Assembly (NCBI GenBank): GCA_030390025.1
Contig: CM059437.1
Location: 27,652,001 to 27,716,000 of the forward strand
Direction: 5' to 3'
From: Squalus acanthias
Lineage: Eukaryota
Length of the DNA stretch: 64,000 bases
Shown: in pieces, positions 1 to 10,817 of the stretch
Layout of the letters: each line of letters begins with the position of its first letter
How positions within the stretch are numbered: the first letter of the stretch is position 1
Made by a program: the position numbers and the translations under genes
The notes under the pieces: generated by a model
Told to the model about the DNA's origin: nothing
The model's input: the letters and a program-made list of their open reading frames with translations, nothing else
Databases searched by the model: none

Positions 1-1815
1 ACGATTAAAATCACTAAGGAATTGGTACTCAGTAAAATAATGGGACTCAAGGCGGATAAATCCCCTGGACCTGATGGTTTACATCCTAGGGTCTTGAGGG
101 AAGTGGCAGTAGGGATTGTGGATACTTTGGTAATAATTTTCCAAAATTCCCTGGACTCAGCAAAGGTCCCGGCAGATTGGAAAACTGCTAATGTAACACC
201 CTTATTTAAAAAGGGTAGTAGGCAGAAAGCTGGAAATTATAGACCAGTTAGCCTAACATCTGTGATGGGTAAAATTTTGGAGTCTATTATTAAGAAGACA
301 GTAACGGAACATTTAGATAAACATAATTTAATAGGACAAAGTCAGCATGGCTTTATGAAGGGGAAGTCATGTCTGACAAATTTGCTTGAGTTCTTTGAGG
401 ACATAACGTACAGGGTGGATAAAGGGGAACCAGTGGACGTAGTGTATTTAGACTTCCAGAAGGCATTCGACAAGGTGCCACATAAAAGATTATTGCTCAA
501 GATAAAAAATCACTGGATTGGGGGTAATATTCTGGCATGGGTGGAGGATTGGTTATCTAACAGGAAGCAGAGAGTTGGGATAAATGGTTCATTCTCGGAC
601 TGGCAACCAGTAGCCAGTGGTGTTCTGCAGGGGTCAGTGCTGGGTCCCCAACTCTTTACAATCTATATTAACGATTTGGAGGAGGGGACCGAGTGTAACA
701 TATCAAAGTTTGCAGATGATACAAAGATGGGAGGGAAAGTAGAAAGTGAGGAGGACATAAAAAACCTACAAGGGGATATAGACAGGCTGGGTGAGTGGGC
801 GGAGATTTGGCAGATGCAATACAATATTGGAAAATGTGAGGTTATACACTTTGGCAGGAAAAATCAGAGAGCAAGTTATTATCTTAATGGCGAGAAACTG
901 GAAAGTACTGCAGTACAAAGGGATCTGGGGGTCCTAGAGCAAGAAAATCAAAAAGTTAGTATGCAGGTGCAGCAGGTGATCAAGAAGGCCAACGGAATGT
1001 TGGCTTTTATTGCTAGGGGGATAGATTATAAAAACAGGGAGGTATTGCTGCAGTTATATAAGGTATTGGTGAGACCGCACCTGGAATACTGCATACAGTT
1101 TTGGTGTCCATACTTAAGAAAAGACATACTTGCTCTCGAGGCAGTACAAAGAAGGTTCACTCGGTTAATCCCGGGGATGAGGGGGTGGACATATGAGGAG
1201 AGGTTGAGTAGATTGGGATTCTACTCATTGGAGTTCAGAAGAATGAGAGGCGATCTTATTGAAACATATAAGATTGTGAAGGGGCTTGATCGGGTGGATG
1301 CGGTAAGGATGTTCCCAAGGATGGGTGAAACTAGAACTAGGGGGCATAATCTTAGAATAAGGGGCTGCTCTTTCAAAACTGAGATGAGGAGAAACTTCTT
1401 CACTCAGAGGGTAGTAGGTCTGTGGAATTTGCTGCCCCAGGAAGCTGTGGAAGCTACATCATTAAATAAATTTAAAACAGAAATAGACAGTTTCCTAGAA
1501 GTAAAGGGAATTAGGGGTTACGGGGAGCGGGCAGGAAATTGGACATGAGGCTGAGTTCGGATCGGTCAAGGCCCTGTGGGTGGCGGAGCGGGCCCAGGGG
1601 CTGAGTGGCCGGGTCCTGCTCCTACTTCTTGTGTTCTTTAGATTTGAGGTTAGGATCAGATCAGCCATGATCTCATTGAATGGCGGAGCAGGCTCGAGGG
1701 GCCGATTGGCCTACTCCTGCTCCTATTTCTTATGTTCTTATGAATTGGGGAGCAGGCTCGAGGGGCCGAATGGCCTACTCCTGCTCCTATCTTCTATGTT
1801 TCTATGTTTCTATGG
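1..1815 (+). mobile_element. CR1 LINE, 3' part of ORF2 (uninterrupted RT domain) plus tandem 3' tails
   Basis: ORF 22-1548 with KSPGPDG, YLDFQKAFDKVPH, QGSVLGP, FADD and CR1 C-terminal RGDLIE/RNFFTQRV motifs; 3' UTR ends in (TTTCTATG)n. Confidence 0.95.
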
Positions 1816-1939
1816 GAGAATAGGGAAAAAATGCAAATGTGTTTGAAAAAAATACACGTGCTGCGCTCAGTTAAAAACGAGTTAAACATTACCATATACT
1901 CATCCGAGTAAGATCGGGTTTATCCGCCGCCATCCTCAC

Positions 1940-2040
1940 CTTACAGCCTTCGCATGTGATGCAGCGGTAATGGTATCCTGTCGCCTTATCACCGCAAACT
2001 ACACAGGGTTCATCCTTCTCCAGATAGCTGGGAATGTACC
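1940..2040 (-). CDS. thra: Thyroid hormone receptor alpha coding exon (first zinc finger of the DNA-binding domain)
   Basis: Translates (G)[33 protein letters not shown]; TTTCAG acceptor before 2040 and GTGAGG donor after 1940; 101 bp, phase 1 start and phase 0 end. EKDEPC matches the alpha paralog as recalled from fish sequences. Confidence 0.95.
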
Positions 2041-2542
2041 CTGAAAGATAAATGAACAAAGAATCAGAACAGGGCAGAGGCATTCCTCATACACAGTGAA
2101 ATGAGGAAAATTCACATCACAGCTATACAAAGAACTTCAAACATGTCCTCTTAAATTCCCCTCCTTTGTGGCTTAGCAGGTAAATAAAGAAAGAACTCAC
2201 ATTTATCCAGTGCCTTTCATGACCTCAAGATGTCCCCAAAGCACTTTACAGCCAATGAATTACTTCTGTAATGTAGGAAAAGCAGCAGCCAATTTGTGCA
2301 CAGCAAAGTCCCACAAAAACAGCAATAACATGATGACCAGCAACGTTCCCTATAAGCTGCAGGGCCACATGGCTGTGCAGCTCTCTGCTGGTCCCGTGCA
2401 GCCCAGGACTGGCTTTTCCTATGTTGAGGTTCGTGCAATGGGCCGCGCAACCCCTTAAAGGGGCCCCGCACCCCAAGAAAAGTTTACGGGGAACTTTGAT
2501 AACCAGATGATAACCATTCTATGATTTTTTTTATGATCACAG

Positions 2543-3008
2543 TCTCAGCTGTGGCTCAGTGGGTCGCACTCTCGCCTCTGAGTCAGAAGGTTGTGGGGTC
2601 AAGTCCCACTCCAGAGCCTTGAGCACATAAAGCTAGGCTGACACTCCAGTGCAGTGCTGAGGGAGTGCCGCACTGTCGGAGGTGCTGTCTTTCGGATGAG
2701 ATGTTAAACCGAGGCCCCGTCTGCTCTCTTAGGTGGACGTAAAAGATCCCGTGGCACTATTTCGAAGAAGAGCAGGTGAGTTATCCCCGGTGTCCTGGCC
2801 AATATTTATCCCTCAACCAACATAACAAAAACAGATTATCTGGTCATTATCACATTGCTGTTAGTGGGACCTTGCTGAGCACAAATTGGCTGCCGCGTTT
2901 CCCACATTACAACAGTGACTACACTTCAAAAGTACTTCATTGGCTGTAAAGCGCCTTGAGACGTCCGGTGGTCGTGAAAGGCGTTATATAAATGCAAGTC
3001 TTCCTTTT
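2543..3008 (+). mobile_element. DeuSINE (SacSINE1/AmnSINE1-like), near full length
   Basis: tRNA-like head (TGGCTCAGTGG...TCAAGTCCC), Deu core CTTTCGGATGAGATGTTAAACCGAGG...AAAGATCCC, L2-type tail ending TATATAAATGCAAG. Confidence 0.85.
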
Positions 3009-3280
3009 AGTAGTGTTGGTTGAGGGGAAAATATTGGCCAGGACTCCCCATGCTCTTCTTCAAATAGGGCCATAGGATCATTTATGTCCAGCTGAGAGAG
3101 CAGACGGGGCCTTGGTTTAACATCTCATCTGAAAGACGGCGCTTCCAGCAATGCAGCACTCCCTCAGTACTGCACTGGAGTGTCAGCCTAGATTATGTGC
3201 TCAGGGCCCTGGAGTCGGACTTGAACCCACAGCCTTCTGACTCAGAGGTGAGCGTGCTATCACTGAGCCATGGCTGACAC
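3009..3280 (-). mobile_element. DeuSINE 5' half, inverted and abutting the previous copy
   Basis: Reverse complement of the head and Deu core. Confidence 0.8.
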
Positions 3281-4356
3281 CTCTTGCACCCCTTGGTGTG
3301 TTACTGATCCATACAGACCAGGAAGCACCCGGGTTTGATCTTTGCTCTGTGCGGACCGCAACTGGGGCAGTAGTGGAGGGAGCTGGATTAACATCAAGAG
3401 CCCCATGCTGCGGAGAATTTTGGGGTCCCAGTCCTTTACATATACGATATAACAGGCTACAACCACTACATAATGGGGATAATATTCTGTGGAGGTACTG
3501 GTGGTGTGGAGCCTCACCCATCGCCAGTGCAGTTCGGAAAACCCGACTGCGTGTTGCCTGCAATTTTCCACCCTTTGATTTCAAGGGACAGAAAATCGCA
3601 GGCAGCGTGCTCACGATTTTCCGCTATGTCCGACAAGGTTCCTTGCGGACTTGGAGAGCTTAGGTTTTTAGTACCTCACGTACGTGTGTACACAAAGCAA
3701 GTAGCAAGCGGGGAAAAAGCCCAAACGTAAGTTGGCAATTAGGTGAAATACAGTAAACAGAAATCGGAGAACACAAGCAATATCAAATATCGTAAAACAT
3801 GTCTTAAAATACCATTTGGGACTTGCATGTAGGTATATTGGGGGAGATTTTCTGGCACATGTTGGGAGCTCAGAGGAGGAATTTCTCACGCCAGCCTGTG
3901 ATTTTCCATCCATTAAATCAATAGGCAGAAACTCCATGGACTTGGAGTGTGTAACTTCACGATATGAACTTCCAGCATGTGCTGGGTTGACTGAAGTGGA
4001 AAATCTTCCTTATGGTGTTATTTAACTCCAAAAATAATCACCCACAAGCGGATTAATGATTTGTGACTTGCCTTACATATCACAGTTAATATTATTAATA
4101 CGTAAGCCAAGGAGAAGGAATGCTTGGGGCAGATACATTCTATTCAAAGCATCCCCCGCCCCCCCATTTCATAGAAACAATAAAATGCTCTCTCATAATC
4201 TTTTTAATAACTCAATTTTGGAACCCAGATGGGGACCTTTGACCTGGGCCTGCCTCTCTGCTAGCTGCTCGGTGATGCCACTGATGGGGAGTGGCCTGCA
4301 GCAGCCCCATTGCAAACTTCATATTGGTCTGAGAGCCAACCTCCGCCAGTGAAACG

Positions 4357-4806
4357 AAGAAAGAGAGAACATGCATTCCTACAGCCCCGTTCACAATCTC
4401 AGGATGTCCCAAGATGCTTTACATAATGAAGTGCTTTTGAAGTGCAGTCACTGTTGTAATGTAGGAAATGTGGTGGCCAATTTGCACACAGCAAACAGCA
4501 ATGAGATAATGACCAAATAAGCTGTTTTCTTTTAGTGATGTTGGTTCAGGGATAAATATTGGCCAGGACACCAGTGAGAACTCCCCTGCTCTTCTTCAAA
4601 TAGTGGCATGTCCACCTGAGAGGGCAGACAGGACTTCGGTGAAACGCCTCAGCTGAAAGACAGCACCTCTGCCAGTGCAGCACTCCCTCAGTACTGCACT
4701 GGGAGTGTCAGCCTGGATTATGTGCTCGAGTCTCCAGAGTGGGACTTCAATCCATAACCTTCTGACTCAGGGGCGAGAGTGTTACCACTGAGCCACGGCT
4801 GACACC
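4357..4806 (-). mobile_element. DeuSINE, near full length
   Basis: Reverse complement of the same head, core and tail. Confidence 0.8.
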
Positions 4807-5099
4807 TAAATGAAAGTGAGATTATCTTTGTCCTGTGTTATGAATGCATTTTAAAAAAATACATAATGTAATTTTTTTTTTAAAAGTCCATCATTTCTGG
4901 ACCATGTACAAGAATTTGAACTTAACACATTTGGCCCGAGTTAAGTGGAGAAGGTTATAGCCAGCCTCTGAGGTGAGAACAGTTTCACAGCAGTTGTTCT
5001 ATCTAGGAGGTCTTAGGCTGGTCAACACTAGATGTGCATTTCACAACCATTCTCATCCTGACAGAACCCTGAAGCTACCGCCTGAGAATGTTTAATTTT

Positions 5100-5580
5100 T
5101 AAAAATCCATTCTCGGGATGTGGGCGTCGTTGGCAAGGCCGGCATTTATTGCCCATCCTCGTTGTCCTTGAGGTGGTGGTGGTGAGCCACCTTCTTGAAC
5201 CGCTGCAGTCCGTGTGGTGGAAGTGTTCCCACAATGCTGTTCGGTAAGGAGTTCCAGGATTTTGACCCAGCGAAAATCAAAGAACAGTGATATATGTCCA
5301 AGCCAGGATAGTGTGTGAATTGGAAGGGAACTTGATGGTGCTCCCATTCCCCTTGTCCTTCTAAGTGGTAGAGGGCGCGGGTTTGGGAGGTGCTGCCGAA
5401 GAAGTCTTGGCGAGTTGCTGCAGTGCATCTTGTAGATGATACACACTGCAGCCACGGTGCGCCGGTGGATGGAGGGAGTGAATGTTTAAGGTGGTGGACG
5501 GGGTGCCGATCAAGCGGCTGCTTTGTTCTGGATGGTGTCGAGCTTCTTGAGTGTTGTTGGAGCTGCACTCATCCAGGCAA
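5100..5580 (-). mobile_element. Non-LTR retrotransposon 3' fragment (CR1/L2-group family, same as 59030-60178)
   Basis: Translations MHCSNSPRLLRQHLPNPRPL and SKSWNSLPNSIVG are shared with ORF 59078-59734. Confidence 0.8.
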
Positions 5581-6715
5581 CTCACGCTTTTGAATTGGCG
5601 GCATGGAAAAACAAACAACAGCTGGGGGACGGAGGGATTGATCAAACCGTCCCTTTACAGGAGGGAACTCAATCAGTGGTGCAAGAGCGATTTTCCTGCA
5701 TTTCAACTATACGAGCTTTCAATGCACCCTTAGGAGACAGTGATACAATTAAAAAATAGTGACATCAGGTTAATCGATTTATCTTAATAAACATTTGTAA
5801 AAGTAATGGCACTTCACAGGAATCAGTTGTTAATTAAAGTTTTACAGAACAAATTCCAATTCACGTCAACCAGAACAATGAGGCTCATTAAACAAGTGAT
5901 TGAGAATCCAAAGTACCTGAACTGCTATTTGAATGAACCTCAGTGGACTGGAAACCAGATAATGTTGCTCTCAAGTAGGAGTCTAAAGCCCAAAAGAATG
6001 TCCATTAAAAAGAGCACATTCTGCCAGCAATCTCTCACTGCAGAAGTTACGATCCCATTTACTGTAATGATATCAAGTCTGAAGCTTGAGTAAAAACAGA
6101 ACATGCTAGAAATAGGCTTTTAGCATCGGGAAAGAGAAAGGGTGGGTTGGCGTTTTCTGAATTGTTAGCCAAAGCATCTACACCCAAAACGTTAATTTGT
6201 CATCGCTCTTCACAGAAACTGACTGACCTGCTGTCAATTTCCATTATCTTACGTTTCAATTTCAGATTTGTTGGCGCAACAGTCACTAAAATTTTGCATT
6301 TGTCCGAGAGCATAAAGCAGGTGATGGCATTGACTTCAATGGAAATAAAAACCGGGAGAGATGTAAAACGGGCTGCCGACTCGCTATCACCCGTTTTACA
6401 CTGTCGCCCAAAGTCAAGATCTACCCCCATCTATTTCAAACTAGTTCTTGTAAGTGATGCACTCTGAGAGATGTGAGTTCAGTGTAACTAGCAATGGGCA
6501 ATAAATGCCGCCCTGGTCAGCAACGCCTACATCCTGAGAATGAATTTTTAAAAATCTTGGGAAAAATTGTACTAATGGTCAAATGGAAATGCCTGGCTTC
6601 CTTCAATCAGACCCCCTGCACTTTCTAGCGATCTGCAGATAAGATTGCTCATTGTGCTAAATTTAGTGCAAAATGATGCTAGTACAAAGCAGGAAACATT
6701 ATTTTCTCAGACAAT

Positions 6716-7458
6716 GGGCCGAAAATTGATCCCGGGACGCGAGAGTACGCACTGCGTACTCTCGCGTATTCCCACTCCAATTGCCGGTTTTCTGCATGCC
6801 CTGCGCATGCGCTGAAAACCGGCAATTGCTCTTCTGAAAAGGGGGCGGGTCCTCGGTGCATCGCGTGCGCGCTACAGGCTGCGCGCACGCTGTGCACTTC
6901 ATGCTTTGAACGCGCAGGTAAGTACGGAAGATTTTGGAAATGTAAAAAGGAGGAGTAAGACCCGCTTTTAAGAAGGTAAGTAGTGAATTAAGTATTTTTT
7001 TGAATTTTTTTTAACAGGTATATCTTTTTTAGAGACTTTAAAGACAGGTAAGTTTATTTTTATAACTTTTTAAAAGATTTTAAATTTTTTCAAAAATTTA
7101 ATTTTTTATTTAAAATGGTTAATTTAATTAACTATACTTATTTTATTAATGTGATGGTTTTTTTTTAAATTTAATTGAGGTTTAGCTGTTATTTTGGGGG
7201 GGTGTAAGATTCATAGATTTCACCGCCGTGCTGTGAAACTTATGAATGGAAGATGGTGTGCTGCCATTGGCTCTAACTGAGTCACGTGATCCCACAGCTC
7301 GCACGAATTCACTACGCCGTTGGGATACGCAAGCACTGCCCAGCTGATCTCTAGAACATGAAGTTCGTGCGAGCTGGATCTGAAAAAGCACAAGCGAGGT
7401 GAGAGATCGCGGGAAAGCCTTACCCCCACGGGAACAGAGCGAGATCAATTTCTGGGCC
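6716..7458. mobile_element. Non-autonomous DNA transposon (MITE family A, PIF/Harbinger-like), copy 1
   Basis: Terminal inverted repeats GGGCCGAAAATTGATC / GATCAATTTCTGGGCC; 743 bp; highly similar to 8296-9038 and 21431-22154. Confidence 0.85.
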
Positions 7459-7461
7459 ATT

Positions 7462-7770
7462 AGCAAAATACTGCAGATGCTGGAAATCTGAAATAACAAC
7501 AGAAAATGCTGGAAGCACTCAGCAGGCCAGGCAGGATCCGTGGAGCGAGGAACAGTTAACGTTTCAGGTCTGGGACCCTTCACCAGAACTGGAAAAGGTT
7601 AGAGATGTAACAGATTTTAAGCAGGTACAGAGGCAGGGAAAGGGGGAGGGGAGGAAGGAACATTCTGTGCTAGGGTAGGAGGCAGGAGAGATTAAATGTT
7701 GCAAATGGGGATGGCAAAATCATAAACAGCCTGAAAAATGGGGGCAGGGGTTATAGTCTGAAGTTGAAAA
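7462..7770 (-). mobile_element. Penelope-like pseudo-LTR fragment with a degenerate minimal hammerhead at 7553-7591
   Basis: Minus strand reads CAGTT-CTGGTGA-AGGGTCCCAGACCT-GAAA-CGTT-AACTG; same family as 31156-31378 and 57011-57415. Confidence 0.7.
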
Positions 7771-8295
7771 CATTATTTTCTACTCACTTCTGCCTTTTAC
7801 GTTAAACTCACCACAGGAGTCATTTAGCATCCCCTCCCCCATTAAGGGACAAAGGTGATTGAGGATCTGCTTGAAGAGGAAGCTTTTGAAACTGCCTGGA
7901 GATGTAAGGAGGAGAATTCCAGAGTGCGGAGGTATATTCGGAGATCAGAAGAGCAAGCTGGGACACGGGACTGGAAGAGGTTGTAGAGGTCAAGTGGAGT
8001 GAGGCAGTGAAAGGATTTGTAAACAAAGTGGATAAAATGACTAGTACCTGATAGGTATATGGGAGCTAAGCAGGCTGCAGGAATTGTGCATGGTGCTCAC
8101 TATCACAAGTACTGTCTTTGGACACTGTTGGTAATAGAAACAGAGATCAACACTGCCTCATTACAAGCTGGTGGTGACAAGGTAAGTCAGTCGATCAATC
8201 TCTCTCATGTTAGTTACTGAGGTTTTTCCATTATCTTGAGATACAGTTTAACCAGGGCTGCACCTATAATTCAGTGAAACCTAATTAATTATAAT

Positions 8296-9038
8296 GGCCC
8301 AAAAATTAGTGCCGCTACGCGAGAGTACGCACTGTGTACTCTCGCGTATTCTGTCTCCAATTGCCGGTTTTCTGCATGCACTGCGCATGCGCTGAAAACC
8401 GGCACTTGGTGATTTCAAAGGGGGCGGTTCCTAGGTGAACCGCGTGCACGCTACAGGCTGTGCGCACGCAGTGCACTTAGTGCTTTGAACGCGCAGGTAA
8501 GCATGGAACATTTTAGACATAAAGAAAGGAGGCGTAAGACCCTCTTTTAACAAGGTAAGTAATTAATTAAGTATTATTTTGAATTTTTTTTAACAGGTAT
8601 ATCTTTTTTAGAGACTTTAAAGACAGGTAAGTTTATTTTTATAACTTTTTAAAAGATTTTAAATTTTTTCAAAAATTTAATTTTTTGTTTAAAATGGTTA
8701 ATTTATTTAACTATACTTATTTTATTAATGTGATGGTTTTAAAAAAAAATTTAATTGAGGTTTAGCTGTTCTTTTGGTGGGGTATAGTATTCATAGCTTT
8801 CACAGCCGTGCTGTGAAAGCTATGAATGAAAGATGGTGTGCTGCCATTGGCTCGAACTGAGTCACGTGATCCCACAGCTCGCACGAATTAACTGCGCCTG
8901 TGGGATACGAAAGCCCAGCACAGCTGCTGTCCAGAACATCAAGTTCGTGCGAGCTGGAACTGAAAAAGCCAGCGCGCAGTGAGAGATCGCGGGGAAGCCT
9001 TACCCTCGCACGAAGGCTTCCTCACGAATTTTTGGGCC
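8296..9038. mobile_element. MITE family A, copy 2
   Basis: TIRs GGCCCAAAAATT / AATTTTTGGGCC; 743 bp; same orientation as copy 1. Confidence 0.85.
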
Positions 9039-10402
9039 AGTATTTTCTTTGTTCGGGGACTTTAAAGTAAATGCAACACCAGGTGCCAAGAGATAAACAT
9101 GGTATTAAATCAGACAGCCTCTCTTGACTGTTGATCTACAAGGCCACATGTACCTGTTTGCTTCCCTGATAGAATGACGTACTGGAGGCCACAAAAAGGA
9201 CGATAATATAATGGAAGGATAAGATAAAGTGACGAATGCAAACACGTTTTCAATGATTCAGGCTGTCTGGCCATGAGGTGGCAGCTGGTAAATGGCTGCT
9301 TGCTGTGTGATCAAAGGCAATTGCAGCTCTACTGTACAGCTGCAGTGATGGATTAGGTAAAGCCAACATCATCAGTCAGGCAATGAGGCCTGGAGAGCAA
9401 AAATTCGGTTCGGGAACTGCCCCCAAGAACAGAGAGAAACCACCAAGAATAACACACAACACAAACACCCAATGGAAAGACCATTTCATTATCCAATGAT
9501 TTTTAAACAATAACATGGCAGTAGTCAGATCACCTAGAATATGCTTTCAATTAATCATTTTCACCCAGCCATCGTCACTGCAAAATACCCCCAACTCCAA
9601 ACGAACCTGTCTAACGGTTGGGTTAAGCATTGAATTAACATTCAAAATGGCTGCCAATCTAGACTTTACAGGGCGGTTTGATTTCTCCCCGTGTACGCCT
9701 CATTTTTCTCGACCCCCAATAACAATATCTCAAAATATCCTCCTTCAGTGAAAGAGATGAGAAACAGGGCCAAGCAATTGGACGGAGGGAGGAGTAGGTA
9801 CAAGTGTAGATTCTGGACCACAGCTGGGAATGCCACCACGATCACTTGGCTCAAGACCACATTACAGCCCTGATTTAAATATAGACACAAGAGCTGAATT
9901 CCAGAGGTGAGGTGAGAGTGACTGCTCTTGACATCAAGGCCGCATTCGACCGAGTGTGGTACCAAGGAGCCCTAATAAAATTGAAGTCAATGGGAATCAG
10001 GGGGAAAACTCTCCACTGGCTGGAGTCATACCTAGCATAAAGGAAGATGGTAGTAATTGTTGGAGGCCAATTATCTCAGCCCCAAGACATTGCAGCAGGA
10101 GTTCCTTAGGACAGTGTCCTAGACCTAACCATCTTCAGTTGTTTCATCAATGGCCTTCCCTCCATCATAAGGTCAGATGTGGGGCTGTTCACTGATGATT
10201 GCACAGTGTTCAGTTCCATTCGCTTTTCCTCAGATACTGAAATAGTCCATGCGCACAAGCAGCAAGACCTGGACAGCATCCAAGCTTGGGCTGATAAGTG
10301 ACAAGTAACATTCACGTCACACAAGTGCCAGGCAATGACCATCTCCAACAAAAATGAGAAGTCGCACAACACCAGGTTATAGTCCAACAGATTTATTTAA
10401 TT

Positions 10403-10441
10403 TTACAAGCTTTCGGAACAGTTCGCTCCTTCGTCAGGTAA
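10403..10441 (-). ncRNA. Minimal type I hammerhead ribozyme motif, mirror copy (thra sense strand)
   Basis: Reverse complement of 10779-10817. Confidence 0.8.
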
Positions 10442-10778
10442 GTTAGCAGTGAGAGAATCTCCCAGAATTCACAATTTAAACACAGACAAAATATATTCAA
10501 ATCTTTCCTACATCAAAGAGCACAGCCAAGACAATGAGATGTGTCCCAGGGGGTCCAACGTGTCAAACCACCTGCTGGCTGCATATCCTGTCAAATTCTG
10601 GGAGATTCTCTCACTGCTAACCAGATTGACAGGATATGCAGCCAGCAGGTGGTTTGACACGTTGGACCCCCTGGGACACATCTCATTGTCTTGGCTGTGC
10701 TCTTTGATGTAGGAAAGATTTGAATATATTTTGTCTGTGTTTAAATTGTGAATTCTGGGAGATTCTCTCACTGCTAAC

Positions 10779-10817
10779 TTACCTGACGAAGGAGCGAACT
10801 GTTCCGAAAGCTTGTAA
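10779..10817 (+). ncRNA. Minimal type I hammerhead ribozyme motif (PLE-associated)
   Basis: TTAC-CTGACGA-A-GGAGC GAACT GTTCC-GAAA-GC-TT-GTAA: core CUGANGA/GAAA/UH, stem I TTAC:GTAA, stem II GGAGC:GTTCC, palindromic AGCT helix III. Confidence 0.8.

Noticed and set aside
1940-2040. Assignment as thrb
   Set aside because: The upstream WPDGKRKRK exon and the DEPC residues are alpha-type.
2548-2612. tRNA gene
   Set aside because: A and B boxes continue into the Deu core, so this is a SINE head; the same holds for the other copies.
10449-10771. Twin 87-aa ORFs on opposite strands
   Set aside because: They are a by-product of the DNA palindrome, start at GTG and show no protein motif.
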